NCBI GenBank assembly: GCA_002069605.1
Contig: MWBQ01000021.1
Location: 55,818-119,817, forward strand
DNA from: Candidatus Atribacter allofermentans
Lineage (GTDB): Bacteria > Atribacterota > Atribacteria > Atribacterales > Atribacteraceae
Direction: 5' to 3'
DNA: 64,000 bases
Shown: positions 18,215-28,714 of the stretch, in pieces
How positions within the stretch are numbered: position 1 is the first letter of the stretch
How the letters are laid out: each line of letters opens with the position of its first letter
The notes under the pieces: model-generated
What the model was told of the DNA's origin: nothing
The model's input: the letters and a program-made list of their open reading frames with translations, nothing else
The model's database searches: none
Program-made: the position numbers and the translations under genes

Positions 18215-18304
18215 ATGTATCGCCTCCTAATTATTTTTCCAAGGGCTTATATCTCTACTCTATTTCTGGTTAATAAATAGAACACCTTATTATGCAATGA
18301 GAAT

Positions 18305-18327
18305 TGAAAAAAATCAATGGATTGATT
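18305..18327 (-). terminator. Weak terminator candidate after the peptide ABC operon
   Basis: Minus-strand RNA AAUCAA-UCCA-UUGAUU (6-bp AT-rich stem) followed by a run of 7 U. Lies about 35 nt after the stop at 18361. Confidence 0.35.
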
Positions 18328-18360
18328 GGATTGGTTTAAGATATTAGCGAGACAAAAATA

Positions 18361-19398
18361 TCATATAATACCGTCAGTCGTCAATATCATCGGGGTACTA
18401 ATTGCTAAGCTTCCTGGGTAGTGACAAGCAACAAAATGACCATTTCCTTGATCAACTAAAAGAGGTTCTTCTTCAGAACATTTTTTTTGAGCTACTGGAC
18501 AACGCGGATGGAATCGGCATCCGGAAGGAGGGTCAATCGGGCTGGGTACATCTCCTGGTAAAATTATCCTCTCAATGTGATAATCGGGATCAGGAACGGG
18601 AACGGCGGAAATCAAAGCGACAGTATAGGGATGAAATGGTATTCTAAAGAGTCCATAACGAGGAGCTATTTCAACCGCTTTTCCTAAATACATGACCATA
18701 ATTCGATCACAGACATGTTTAATTACCGAAAGATCGTGAGAAATAAAAATGTAGGTTAAATGAAACTCTTCTTTTAGATCTATCATTAAATTCAATATTT
18801 GAGAACGGATGGAGACATCAAGAGCAGAGACCGCTTCATCAGCAATAATCAACTTAGGGTTCATAGCCAGAGCTCGGGCAATACCAATCCGCTGTCTTTG
18901 CCCTCCCGAAAATTCATGAGGGAATCGGTTTACACCATCGCTTTGAAGGCCGACTTTTTTGAGAAGATTCATAACCATGACCGATCGCTCCTGGGATTTT
19001 CCAATCTTATGGATGTTCATACCTTCTTCGATTATGGATCCTACAGTCATTCTTGGATTTAAGGAACTAAAAGGATCCTGAAATATCATCTGGAGGTTTT
19101 TTCGATATAGAATGAATTGGGATTGGGGAAGATTATGAATTTCTTTCCCATCAAAAATTATCTGCCCGGAAGATGGTTCGTATAAACGCAGTATAGTTAA
19201 ACCCAAGGTGCTCTTTCCACAACCGGATTCTCCAACAATACCGAGAGTTTCACCAGCATATACTTCAAAACTAATATCATCAACTGCTTTTACCCACCCA
19301 ATTGTTGAACGGAAGACGCCAGCTTTAACTGGGAAATATTTTTTTAAATTTTTTATTTTTAAAAGAGATACATTATTCATAGATTTTGCACTCTTCAA
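18361..19398 (-). CDS. Opp/Dpp-type peptide ABC transporter ATP-binding protein (OppF-like)
   Basis: Walker A GESGCGKST, signature FSGGQRQR, Walker B IIADEAVSALD, and the C-terminal oligopeptide ATPase extension with a Cys cluster. An alternative ATG is at 19380. Confidence 0.88.
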   Translation of the reverse strand: MKSAKSMNNVSLLKIKNLKKYFPVKAGVFRSTIGWVKAVDDISFEVYAGETLGIVGESGCGKSTLGLTILRLYEPSSGQIIFDGKEIHNLPQSQFILYRKNLQMIFQDPFSSLNPRMTVGSIIEEGMNIHKIGKSQERSVMVMNLLKKVGLQSDGVNRFPHEFSGGQRQRIGIARALAMNPKLIIADEAVSALDVSIRSQILNLMIDLKEEFHLTYIFISHDLSVIKHVCDRIMVMYLGKAVEIAPRYGLFRIPFHPYTVALISAVPVPDPDYHIERIILPGDVPSPIDPPSGCRFHPRCPVAQKKCSEEEPLLVDQGNGHFVACHYPGSLAISTPMILTTDGII

Positions 19399-20386
19399 TT
19401 GAGTGTTGGTTTATTTTTTTCCAGTGATGACAATAAACAAAATGGTTTAAATCTACATTGCTTTTATTTGGTTGATTTACACATTGCTCATCTTCAAAGG
19501 AACAGCGGTTTCGGAACCGACATCCTTCGGGAAATTGTGAAGGATCGGGGACCATGCCTGGTATTGAATCAAGTTTTTCCTGCTCGATATCCAACCGAGG
19601 TATAGAATGGAGCAAACCAATGGTATAAGGATGGCAAGGATTTTTAAAAATATCATGACGGTTTCCCTCTTCGACTATTTTTCCAGCATACATTACAACA
19701 ATTCGTTTCGCCATAGTAGCGACAATTCCTAAATCATGGGTGATGAGAATAACTGCCATATTAAGCTGTCTTTGAAGGCTAATCATTAATTCAATAATTT
19801 GTGCCTGGATGGTTACATCCAAAGATGTGGTTGGTTCATCGGCAATTAAAAGCTGAGGATGGCAAGAGAGTGCCATGGCAATCATACCTCTTTGTTTCAT
19901 TCCTCCTGATAATTCATGAGGATATTCGTTTAATCGTTTTTCTGGATCGGGAATTCCTACCAGTTTAAACATTTCAACCGCCCGTTTTCGGGCTTCATGA
20001 TGGCTGACTTTTTGATGAAGAGAGATTGCCTCAATAATTTGGTCACCGATGGTATAAACCGGATTGAGTGCAGATGAAGGTTCTTGAAAAATCATTGAAA
20101 TGTCTTTTCCACGGATACTTTGCATCTGTTTTTCAGATAATGATAATAAATCAGAATTATTGAAATTTATTTTTCCGCCAACGATTTTTCCATTCGAATC
20201 AATCAATCGCAGGAGGGCTAAAGAGGTAACACTTTTTCCACATCCTGATTCACCAACCAAGGCAATGGTTTCACCTTGGTAAACTTGGAAACTGACATCA
20301 TCCACAGCTTTGAGTTCTTGACCATAATCGTTATAAAAATATACCTTAAGATTTTCTATATTAAGGATAGGGTTATTGGTATTCAT
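19373..20386 (-). CDS. Opp/Dpp-type peptide ABC transporter ATP-binding protein (OppD-like)
   Basis: Walker A GESGCGKS, signature LSGGMKQR, Walker B LIADEPTTSLD. Start placed at ATG 20386 (MNTNNPILNIENLKV) with GAGGAG 6 nt upstream; the track ORF starts at 20437. Confidence 0.88.
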   Translation of the reverse strand: MNTNNPILNIENLKVYFYNDYGQELKAVDDVSFQVYQGETIALVGESGCGKSVTSLALLRLIDSNGKIVGGKINFNNSDLLSLSEKQMQSIRGKDISMIFQEPSSALNPVYTIGDQIIEAISLHQKVSHHEARKRAVEMFKLVGIPDPEKRLNEYPHELSGGMKQRGMIAMALSCHPQLLIADEPTTSLDVTIQAQIIELMISLQRQLNMAVILITHDLGIVATMAKRIVVMYAGKIVEEGNRHDIFKNPCHPYTIGLLHSIPRLDIEQEKLDSIPGMVPDPSQFPEGCRFRNRCSFEDEQCVNQPNKSNVDLNHFVYCHHWKKINQHSIEECKIYE

Positions 20387-20396
20387 GATTGACTCC

Positions 20397-21278
20397 TCAT
20401 ATCCTGAGCCGAGGATCAAATACATCTCGAAGGGCATCCCCGACTAAGTTCCAAGATAGAACAAAAAGAACCATCGCTGCACCAGGAAAGACAGTAGAGT
20501 ACCAATAACGTAGAGCTTCACCTTGTCCTCCTAACATCCAGTTTCGAGAATAATTGAGAAGTGCTCCCCAATCGGAATACCCTTGTGGAGCTCCAACTCC
20601 CAGGAAACTGAGGGCAGCAGCTGTAATAACTAATGAACCCATCCGCATTGAGGCTTGTATCAATACTGGAAAAATTGTATTGGGAAGGACATGGCGGATG
20701 ATGATCAAATAATTTTTTACTCCAAGGGCCTTAGCTGCCATGACATATTGTTCTTCTTTCACTTGAAGAATATTACCTCGGATTAAACGGGCTGGGTACA
20801 TCCAGCCGAAAATCGTCATGGCAATCATAACTTTATTCAACCCGCTTCCTAAGATAGCAGCTAATACCAAAGCTGCAACTAAAAAAGGAATAGCCATAAA
20901 AATATCGGTGATTCGCATGAGGATTTCATCGAAAAGTTTACCATAATACCCGGCTATTGATCCGATAAACAGACCAATGAGCGTTGAAACTACAGTGACT
21001 ATTATTCCAACACGAAAAGCGGTTCGAGTACCCCAGATTACTCCATAAAAAATATCTCTTTTCCCTGCTACCCCAAAAAGGTGTTCCGGTGAAGGAGGTT
21101 GAGGGCTTGAAGTCCAAGTGACAATGGGCATCATATAGGGATCTCTCCCCTCTTTGGGAGGAGCTATAAAAGGAGCAAAGATGGCTATTACGATAAATAT
21201 ACCTAAGAGGACAAAGCCAATAATTGCTGAAGCGTTTAAAAATAGTTTCTTTATAATCCGATGGGTTTCCGACTTCAT
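20397..21278 (-). CDS. Opp/Dpp-type peptide ABC transporter permease (OppC-like)
   Basis: Polytopic BPD-transporter permease. Start placed at ATG 21278 (MKSETHRIIKKLF), just after the upstream stop at 21283; the track ORF begins at 21344. Confidence 0.85.
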   Translation of the reverse strand: MKSETHRIIKKLFLNASAIIGFVLLGIFIVIAIFAPFIAPPKEGRDPYMMPIVTWTSSPQPPSPEHLFGVAGKRDIFYGVIWGTRTAFRVGIIVTVVSTLIGLFIGSIAGYYGKLFDEILMRITDIFMAIPFLVAALVLAAILGSGLNKVMIAMTIFGWMYPARLIRGNILQVKEEQYVMAAKALGVKNYLIIIRHVLPNTIFPVLIQASMRMGSLVITAAALSFLGVGAPQGYSDWGALLNYSRNWMLGGQGEALRYWYSTVFPGAAMVLFVLSWNLVGDALRDVFDPRLRI

Positions 21279-21282
21279 TTTT

Positions 21283-22320
21283 CTAGTCCAACCTAACCCT
21301 GGGATCAATATAAGCATAAGAGATATCAACCAGAAGATTCCCAATAATCAATATAAGTCCAAAAAAGAGGACACCACCCATAATCGAGGCATAATCTAAT
21401 TGTTGAGCTGCTAAAGCTAAAAAGCTTCCTAAACCGGTTCGATTAAATATTGCTTCAACAATTACCGTTCCTGCCATCAATCCGACAATAGTTTGGCCAC
21501 TCACGGTAGCAACTGGTATCATGGCGTTTCTTTTAGCATGTTTATTGATGACGACCCTTTCATCTAAACCTTTGGCCCGCGCAGTTCGGACATAATCCCG
21601 TTGGAGAACGTCAAGCATGGAGGATCGGGTAATACGAAGAATGTAAGCCAATTGAACATAGGTTAAGGTGAGAACCGGACCAACGAGATGCCGTAAGGCA
21701 TTTACAAAAACATCCAATCTTCCATTGAGAAGCGCATCAATAGTTGTCATACCGGTAAAAGACCTAAAGCTGGTAGATTTAACAATGCTTTCAGCCCAGA
21801 GACTTAAATTCCCTGGAGGGAAAAGCCCCAGTGTGCTATAGAAAATCATGAGAATGAATAAGCCAAAAACAAAATCAGGGAAGGACCATCCTACCACGGC
21901 AAAAATCCGCAGCGAATGATCCAAGGTACGATTGTGGTGGAGTGCAGACAGGACTCCCATCCAGGTTCCGATCAAGATAATTGGGATGGCGGAAAATAAC
22001 GTCAGTTCCAAGGTATAGGGAAAACGCTGGAGTAAAGCCTGTAAAACCGGTGCTTTTCCAACATAGGACCATCCTAAGTTCCCTTGAAGCAGATTTTTAA
22101 ACCATCTTCCGTACTGAATAGGTATCGGATCATCGAGGCCGTACATAGAAATGAGCTGATCAACATTTTCACTTTTTAAGCGGTCAGGGCTGCTGATGAA
22201 GGTAGCTAACCGCTGATAGGGACTGAGCATACCAATCATGGAGAAAACGATAAGAGAAATACCAAAAAGAGTAATAGGTATAAATAAAACTCTCCGTATA
22301 ATATAAAATATCAAAACCAT
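21283..22320 (-). CDS. Opp/Dpp-type peptide ABC transporter permease (OppB-like)
   Basis: Polytopic permease with the usual N-terminus MVLIFYIIRRVLFIPITLFGISLIVF and a C-terminal IDPRVR motif. Start placed at ATG 22320, downstream of the intercistronic hairpin. Confidence 0.85.
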   Translation of the reverse strand: MVLIFYIIRRVLFIPITLFGISLIVFSMIGMLSPYQRLATFISSPDRLKSENVDQLISMYGLDDPIPIQYGRWFKNLLQGNLGWSYVGKAPVLQALLQRFPYTLELTLFSAIPIILIGTWMGVLSALHHNRTLDHSLRIFAVVGWSFPDFVFGLFILMIFYSTLGLFPPGNLSLWAESIVKSTSFRSFTGMTTIDALLNGRLDVFVNALRHLVGPVLTLTYVQLAYILRITRSSMLDVLQRDYVRTARAKGLDERVVINKHAKRNAMIPVATVSGQTIVGLMAGTVIVEAIFNRTGLGSFLALAAQQLDYASIMGGVLFFGLILIIGNLLVDISYAYIDPRVRLD

Positions 22321-22331
22321 CAATCCTTCCA

Positions 22332-22362
22332 CTCCGGAGGGGAAAAACAATTCCCTCCGGAG
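22332..22362 (-). promoter_or_regulatory. GC-rich intercistronic stem-loop between the SBP and first permease genes
   Basis: ctccggaggg (22332-22341) / ccctccggag (22353-22362): 10-bp perfect stem, 11-nt loop, no trailing U tract. Confidence 0.5.
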
Positions 22363-22385
22363 AACAATCATTATTCTTCAATCAT

Positions 22386-24224
22386 TTATTCGGCTTTATA
22401 AATCCCATTATAATTAGCTTCGCCTGATTGTATTGGATTGAATTCCCATCCTTGGACCCAGGTTCTCATTGGGAAGAGCGCTATCTCTTGATAGAAGGTA
22501 AGACCTAATACATTTTCGTAAGCGATTTTTTGAATTTCTTCATACATAGCTTGCCGCTTCGTTGCATCGGTTTCAGAGATGGCCGCTTCAATGATCGGAT
22601 TTAAATTTTCTTGAGCAAATTTAATATAGGCTTCTCCCTGGGGCCCACCATAGACTCCATTGCTATGGAAATAAGTGAAAATGAAGTTATGGGGATCGGG
22701 ATAATCAGCAATCCAGCCAATGACAAAGGCGGGTAATTTGCCGCTTTTATAAGCATCCAAGTAATTTGGCCACTGAACTCCCTGCACATCAATTTTAAAC
22801 TTTGGGTTGAGGGATTCAATGTTTTCCTTAAACATTTCACAGGCGGTTTGTCGAGCATCATTCCCGGTATTGTAAAGCAAGGTCAGCTTAAAACCATTTT
22901 CCCAGACCTTGCCATCCCAAGCTTTCTTGAATTCTTCTTCGGCTTTAGCCAGGTCGAATTCAAACTTGGGAAGATCGGCATTGTATCCCAGCATGCCAGA
23001 AGGAATAACTGATGGGGGTCGCTCCCCATATCCTAATAAAACTTCCTGGATCATGGTGTCATAATCGAAAGCGTAACTAAAAGCACGGCGACAATGGATA
23101 TCACTAAAGAAATCAGCTGGGATACCATTGCCATCAAGAACTCCACTTCCTAAGAAATCACTGGTTTTATCAACTGTCCAGTTAAAATGGAAAGCAGTCA
23201 CGGTGATTCTCTTGCCACTTTCAATTTTAAGATCTTTTAAGTCTTTAACCTGATCGAGATACTGAGCTGGCATATAAATCTGGTCGGCATCTCCAGCTTC
23301 CAACATAGCCCGGCGTGTGCCCCACTCGTCAATTCCCCAGTCAATAATCTGGGCAATTTTGGCCTTTTCTCCCCAATATCCATCAAAACGGTCCAAGGTA
23401 ACCTTCTGTTGGGTACGGTCCCACTCGGTAAATTTGAAAGGTCCAGTACCATTGGCTTTGTCATATATTGGCGAAGACTCTTTTTTTACATTATAGTGTT
23501 TCCACCATCCATCAGCATTCCCATCCCAGCAGCCCCATTCAACGCAGGTCTCTTTGTCAAGGATGTTGCTCCAGTAAGCATGTTTCGGCAGAATGTAAAG
23601 AAATGGTGCAAAGGGACGTACCAGGTGGAATACCACTGAATTATCCTGAACTTCAATAACCGGATCGATAACTTGTTGATAAAATTCAATCAATTTGGCA
23701 GCATCGTCGGGATTAATTAAATTACCGTTTTCATCAACCATCTCAGTGAGAGGAGTTCCAATTTTATCGGCAACCAGCTCATCAAGGGTTTGGGAATCAA
23801 ATAAGGCTTCAATAATCATCCATTGTGGTCCGTTGGCTGGATCAAAAAGGATATTTCGCTCGAAGGTATATTCAACATCTTCGGGAGTAAAATCGTTCCC
23901 ATTGTGAAATTTGACACCCTCTCGAATCGGGAATCGGTAAGTTGTTCCGTTATCCTGGATCAGACCATTTTCAACTGTAGGGATTTCGGTTGCCAGTATG
24001 GGAATAAATTTTTGAAGGTTCACTCCATCATAAGAAATGAGATTTTCATAAATATAAGTTAACACCTCACCACTGGCATTATCATAGGCATATCCAGGGT
24101 CGAGCGTATCTGGTTCACCAATATGGAGATACACATAAGTATCGGGATTTTTTATTTCGGCAAAGGCAACCGAAATTCCTAATACAAAAACCAATAACCA
24201 TGTCAAAACCAAAATCTTTTTCAA
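22386..24224 (-). CDS. Family-5 (Opp/Dpp/Nik-type) ABC substrate-binding protein, secreted
   Basis: 612-aa ORF with signal peptide MKKILVLTWLLVFVLGISVAFA/EIK (no lipobox Cys). Family-5 SBP sequence character; sits upstream of two permeases and two ATPases. TTG start at 24224 with AAGGAGG 8 nt upstream. Confidence 0.85.
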   Translation of the reverse strand: MKKILVLTWLLVFVLGISVAFAEIKNPDTYVYLHIGEPDTLDPGYAYDNASGEVLTYIYENLISYDGVNLQKFIPILATEIPTVENGLIQDNGTTYRFPIREGVKFHNGNDFTPEDVEYTFERNILFDPANGPQWMIIEALFDSQTLDELVADKIGTPLTEMVDENGNLINPDDAAKLIEFYQQVIDPVIEVQDNSVVFHLVRPFAPFLYILPKHAYWSNILDKETCVEWGCWDGNADGWWKHYNVKKESSPIYDKANGTGPFKFTEWDRTQQKVTLDRFDGYWGEKAKIAQIIDWGIDEWGTRRAMLEAGDADQIYMPAQYLDQVKDLKDLKIESGKRITVTAFHFNWTVDKTSDFLGSGVLDGNGIPADFFSDIHCRRAFSYAFDYDTMIQEVLLGYGERPPSVIPSGMLGYNADLPKFEFDLAKAEEEFKKAWDGKVWENGFKLTLLYNTGNDARQTACEMFKENIESLNPKFKIDVQGVQWPNYLDAYKSGKLPAFVIGWIADYPDPHNFIFTYFHSNGVYGGPQGEAYIKFAQENLNPIIEAAISETDATKRQAMYEEIQKIAYENVLGLTFYQEIALFPMRTWVQGWEFNPIQSGEANYNGIYKAE

Positions 24225-24240
24225 TTTTTATGCCTCCTTA

Positions 24241-25293
24241 TTATAAAATTTTTACTAGCCTTGGATTATTCGTTATTCCGGGAATTCTTCCCCTTTTGGC
24301 AACCCTTTGGCCAGCTACTTCTTTAATATCCATGGTCATATCAATTGGAGAATGCCCACTGATATAGCTCCCGACACCGAAAATATCAGCATGATCATGG
24401 AACAGGCGTATTTTTTCAGGAGTTATACCACCTGAAACCACTATTTTTACTCCAGGATATCCAGCTTGATTTAATCTTTCACGAACTTCCTTTACCAGGG
24501 ATAGGGTAACCCCTCCCCTCTCCTCGGGGGTATCGAGACGGATCCCCTCCAGTTTTTGATCCAGGATTAGAGCTAAACGAAGTGATTCTTCGGCTTCGTC
24601 CTTGAAGGTGTCGACTAAAATGATCCGAGGAAATTCGCTGGGTATACTTTCATCAAAGGCTTTGGCTGATAATACCGTATCCCCACAAATGAGGATCGCT
24701 GCATGGGGAATGGTCCCCCCGGGAGTTTTTCCGGCAAGTTTTGCTCCTAGAATGCAGGCAGCACTATCAGCTCCTCCAATCAGAGCTGACCTTTCCATAA
24801 CCGGTGCTACCGAGGGATGAACGTGTCGAGCTCCAAAACAGAGAACCGTCTTTTTTCCAGCTGCTTCTTTGCATTCCCGAGCAGCGGTTGCCCACCCAGC
24901 ACTATGGGCAAGTATTCCGAGTAAAGGGGTTTCGAAAACGCCAAATTCTGAATAGGGACCTTTTATTCTCAAAACCACCTCCCTTGAATCGAAGGAATCA
25001 CCTTCCTGTAAGCTCCATAATTCTATCTGACTATGGGACAGAAGTGAGAGAACTTCCGGCAAACCACAAAAAATCCCCGGATGCCGCGCAAAAATTTCTG
25101 CGACTACCGGGGTTTGATCGAGCTGAAGATGGCGAAGAATTTGTTGAGCGCTGACAAAATAAATGTCAGTCGTATATCCCTGCATTATCTCATCATGGGT
25201 TGCAGATAGAAATAGCCGTTTTGAATCAGGATGATAATGAATCACTTCCTGTAGATCATTAACCCATTGTTTTTGTGACACCTTGTCTTCCAC
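24241..25293 (-). CDS. Putative nicotinate phosphoribosyltransferase (type II PRTase family, short archaeal-like form)
   Basis: 350-aa ORF whose N-terminal part (..MQGYTTDIYFVSAQQIL..) and TIM-barrel-like C-terminal part resemble NaPRTase/QAPRTase-family enzymes. Assignment from family resemblance only. GTG start. Confidence 0.55.
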   Translation of the reverse strand: MEDKVSQKQWVNDLQEVIHYHPDSKRLFLSATHDEIMQGYTTDIYFVSAQQILRHLQLDQTPVVAEIFARHPGIFCGLPEVLSLLSHSQIELWSLQEGDSFDSREVVLRIKGPYSEFGVFETPLLGILAHSAGWATAARECKEAAGKKTVLCFGARHVHPSVAPVMERSALIGGADSAACILGAKLAGKTPGGTIPHAAILICGDTVLSAKAFDESIPSEFPRIILVDTFKDEAEESLRLALILDQKLEGIRLDTPEERGGVTLSLVKEVRERLNQAGYPGVKIVVSGGITPEKIRLFHDHADIFGVGSYISGHSPIDMTMDIKEVAGQRVAKRGRIPGITNNPRLVKIL

Positions 25294-25299
25294 CTCTTC

Positions 25300-25524
25300 T
25301 CAGGTCAGAAGAAAGGCAAAAATTAATGATACTACCATGAAAGCCACGGCAAAAAAAATGGTTAACTTTCCCAAAACCGGCAGGTTTTTAAACTTACTAC
25401 TCCGATCGGCACGGGTCATTCCTCCAAAAATACCCCCTCCCATGCCGGCTTTACGAGGTTGAAAAATAACCACCAAAATTAAACCAACCGAAATAAAAAT
25501 CTGAATAATCATCCAAGCTTGCAT
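25300..25524 (-). CDS. secG: Preprotein translocase subunit SecG
   Basis: 74-aa two-TM ORF with a Gly-rich loop (GMGGGIFGG). Position downstream of tpiA is typical. Confidence 0.85.
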   Translation of the reverse strand: MQAWMIIQIFISVGLILVVIFQPRKAGMGGGIFGGMTRADRSSKFKNLPVLGKLTIFFAVAFMVVSLIFAFLLT

Positions 25525-25536
25525 ATCGACTCTCCT

Positions 25537-26307
25537 CTATTGGGAAGCCCTTAAGCTTTCTAATATAATTTTATTGAACTTGGTTGGATCTAAGCTAGCT
25601 CCGCCCACCAATGACCCATCAATATCCGGGTCTTTCATGAAATCAAAGACGTTCTCTGGTGTTACACTTCCACCGTATAAAATCCGAATCTGTTCAGCAG
25701 TTTTTTCACCAAATTTTTTGGTTAATTGTTGTCGAACGTAATAAATAACTTGATGAGCATCCTGGGGTGTGGCAGCTTTTCCAGTTCCAATAGCCCAGAC
25801 TGGTTCATAAGCAACCACCAACGATAAAGCTTCTTCTTTGGTAAGGTTGGCTATTCCATGTGATAGATGGTCAAAAACAATTGCTTCGGTCTGACCTGCT
25901 TCTCTTTCCTCTAAGGTTTCCCCAACACAAAGGATGGGGTTAAGCCCAAAGTGAATTGCTGCTTTGACTTTTTTACCGATATCTTCAGAAGTTTCTCCAA
26001 AGATATGACGCCGTTCCGAATGGCCACAAATGACATACTGACAGTGTACCGCCAGAAGCATAGGGACAGAAACCTCTCCAGTGAAAGCCCCTTTGGTTTC
26101 CCAGTGACAGTTTTGAGCTGCTAATTTTACACCGGTGTGAGCTAATTTTTGGGAAAGAGGATAGAGAGAAACAAAAGGTGGACAGAGAATAACCTCAATA
26201 TCTGAAGTATTTGGGGATAAACCAAGAAGAGCCTCGGTAAATTCCGAGGCTTCTTCTGCAGTTTTATTCATTTTCCAGTTACCGGCTGCAATCGGGAGTC
26301 GTGACAT
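25537..26307 (-). CDS. tpiA: Triosephosphate isomerase
   Basis: Motifs AGNWKMN, CGHSERR and AYEPVWAIGTG. Start placed at ATG 26307 (MSRLPIAAGNWKMN) with AAGGAG 7 nt upstream; the track ORF starts at 26334. Confidence 0.95.
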   Translation of the reverse strand: MSRLPIAAGNWKMNKTAEEASEFTEALLGLSPNTSDIEVILCPPFVSLYPLSQKLAHTGVKLAAQNCHWETKGAFTGEVSVPMLLAVHCQYVICGHSERRHIFGETSEDIGKKVKAAIHFGLNPILCVGETLEEREAGQTEAIVFDHLSHGIANLTKEEALSLVVAYEPVWAIGTGKAATPQDAHQVIYYVRQQLTKKFGEKTAEQIRILYGGSVTPENVFDFMKDPDIDGSLVGGASLDPTKFNKIILESLRASQ

Positions 26308-26318
26308 ATTGGCACTCC

Positions 26319-27359
<1,041 letters not shown>

Positions 27360-27369
27360 TTAGGTTTCT

Positions 27370-27397
27370 ATTATACAACATCGAAAATTCTCGTCAA
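27370..27397 (-). promoter_or_regulatory. Sigma-70-like promoter for gap
   Basis: Reverse strand reads TTGACG (27397-27392), a 16-nt spacer, then TATAAT (27375-27370). Lies about 55 nt upstream of the gap GTG. Confidence 0.55.
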
Positions 27398-27499
27398 ATA
27401 CTATCCATTGGAACTCAACATTAATTGCCAGATACCAAAAACTGCTTCCTTTCCCGTATTGCCGATTTACCCAGGAAGAAAATTATCGATGGATATCAG

Positions 27500-27543
27500 C
27501 AGAAAAAACGAAGAAAGGCGTGCTTGAATTGAAGCACGCCTTT
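27500..27543 (-). terminator. Rho-independent terminator after the MsmX/MalK-like ATPase gene
   Basis: aaaggcgtgctt (27514-27525) / aagcacgccttt (27532-27543): 12-bp stem, 6-nt loop. Followed on the minus-strand RNA by CUUCGUUUUUUC. Begins 6 nt after the stop at 27549. Confidence 0.8.
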
Positions 27544-27548
27544 GGAGA

Positions 27549-28652
27549 TCAAATTATTGCTATTTCAGTGTCCGATTTGAATAGATGCATCTTTGAAGTG
27601 TCAACAGCAACCTTGAGGTCATCGCCAACACCAGTTCGAGTTTGCATATCAAGAACTGCCACCAAAGTATGGGGTCCAGTGGTGAGATAAATGATTTGTT
27701 CTGAACCTAAAGGTTCAACAACATCAACGGTAGTAGCAATAGTCGCTCCAGTTGTTGCCGATTCTTTGCTCACTTCACTATCAAAAAGATCTTGGGGTCG
27801 AATTCCTAGGGTTAATTCCTGGTTAACGTGAGGAAGCAGATTTTCTTTAAATTCAGCAGGAATGGTGAGTTTGAAAGATTGACCGTCGAGATAGAGATCG
27901 TCCCCTTCTTTTTTCAATACAACATCGATGAAGTTCATTGAGGGAGTTCCAATAAAACCGGCAACGAACTTATTGACTGGCTTGTTGTATAATTCAAGGG
28001 GACTTCCTACTTGCTGGACTAACCCATCACGCATGACAACAATCCGATCACCCATGGTCATGGCTTCAGTTTGGTCGTGAGTTACATAGATCATGGTGGT
28101 TTTTAACCGATCATGTAACTTTGAGAGTTCGGCTCTCATTTGAACTCTCAATTTAGCGTCCAGGTTGGAGAGAGGTTCGTCAAACAAAAATACTTTAGGA
28201 TGACGAACAATAGCTCGACCAACAGCAACACGCTGTCTTTGACCACCGGAGAGTTGTTTTGGTTTTCTCTGGAGGAGCTCTTGAATCCCAAGAATTTCGG
28301 CTGCGTCTTTGACTCGTTGGTCGATGTCACTTTTTGGAAATTTGCGAAGCTTTAAGCCGAAAGCCATGTTGTTGTAAACATCCATGTGAGGATATAAGGC
28401 ATAGTTTTGGAATACCATTGCGATGTCACGATCTTTGGGAGGGACATCGTTCACCAAGGTATCTCCAATGTAAATTTCTCCAGCATCGATTTCTTCCAAA
28501 CCGGCGATCATGCGGAGCGTGGTTGTTTTCCCGCAACCAGAAGGACCAACCAATACAACAAATTCCTGATCTTTGATTTCAAGATTAACTTTGTTAACTG
28601 CAAGAACATCTCCAAACTTTTTTACAATATCTTTTAAAATAACATTTGCCAT
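27549..28652 (-). CDS. Sugar ABC transporter ATP-binding protein, MalK/MsmX/UgpC type (no adjacent permease or SBP)
   Basis: 367-aa ORF with Walker A GPSGCGKTT, signature LSGGQRQRV, Walker B FLFDEPLSNLD and a C-terminal MalK-type regulatory/TOBE region. Confidence 0.88.
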   Translation of the reverse strand: MANVILKDIVKKFGDVLAVNKVNLEIKDQEFVVLVGPSGCGKTTTLRMIAGLEEIDAGEIYIGDTLVNDVPPKDRDIAMVFQNYALYPHMDVYNNMAFGLKLRKFPKSDIDQRVKDAAEILGIQELLQRKPKQLSGGQRQRVAVGRAIVRHPKVFLFDEPLSNLDAKLRVQMRAELSKLHDRLKTTMIYVTHDQTEAMTMGDRIVVMRDGLVQQVGSPLELYNKPVNKFVAGFIGTPSMNFIDVVLKKEGDDLYLDGQSFKLTIPAEFKENLLPHVNQELTLGIRPQDLFDSEVSKESATTGATIATTVDVVEPLGSEQIIYLTTGPHTLVAVLDMQTRTGVGDDLKVAVDTSKMHLFKSDTEIAII

Positions 28653-28683
28653 CTATATTCCTCCTTCAAATCTTAATAGGGGA

Positions 28684-28714
28684 GGCCTTTTTAAACCAGA
28701 TTTCGAAAAAGGCC
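28684..28714 (-). promoter_or_regulatory. Stem-loop in the 5' leader of the MsmX/MalK-like gene
   Basis: ggccttttt (28684-28692) / aaaaaggcc (28706-28714): 9-bp stem, 13-nt loop. Ends 31 nt upstream of the ATG and about 20 nt upstream of the GAAGGAGG SD. Confidence 0.35.

Noticed and set aside
21875-22381. Same-strand alternative-frame ORFs inside the first permease gene (21875-22072, 22184-22381), and similar ones at 45198-45524, 48077-48310, 50280-50531 and 61941-62198.
   Set aside because: They are embedded out of frame within conserved genes, have no SD, and are 65-108 aa with skewed composition, which is consistent with chance ORFs.
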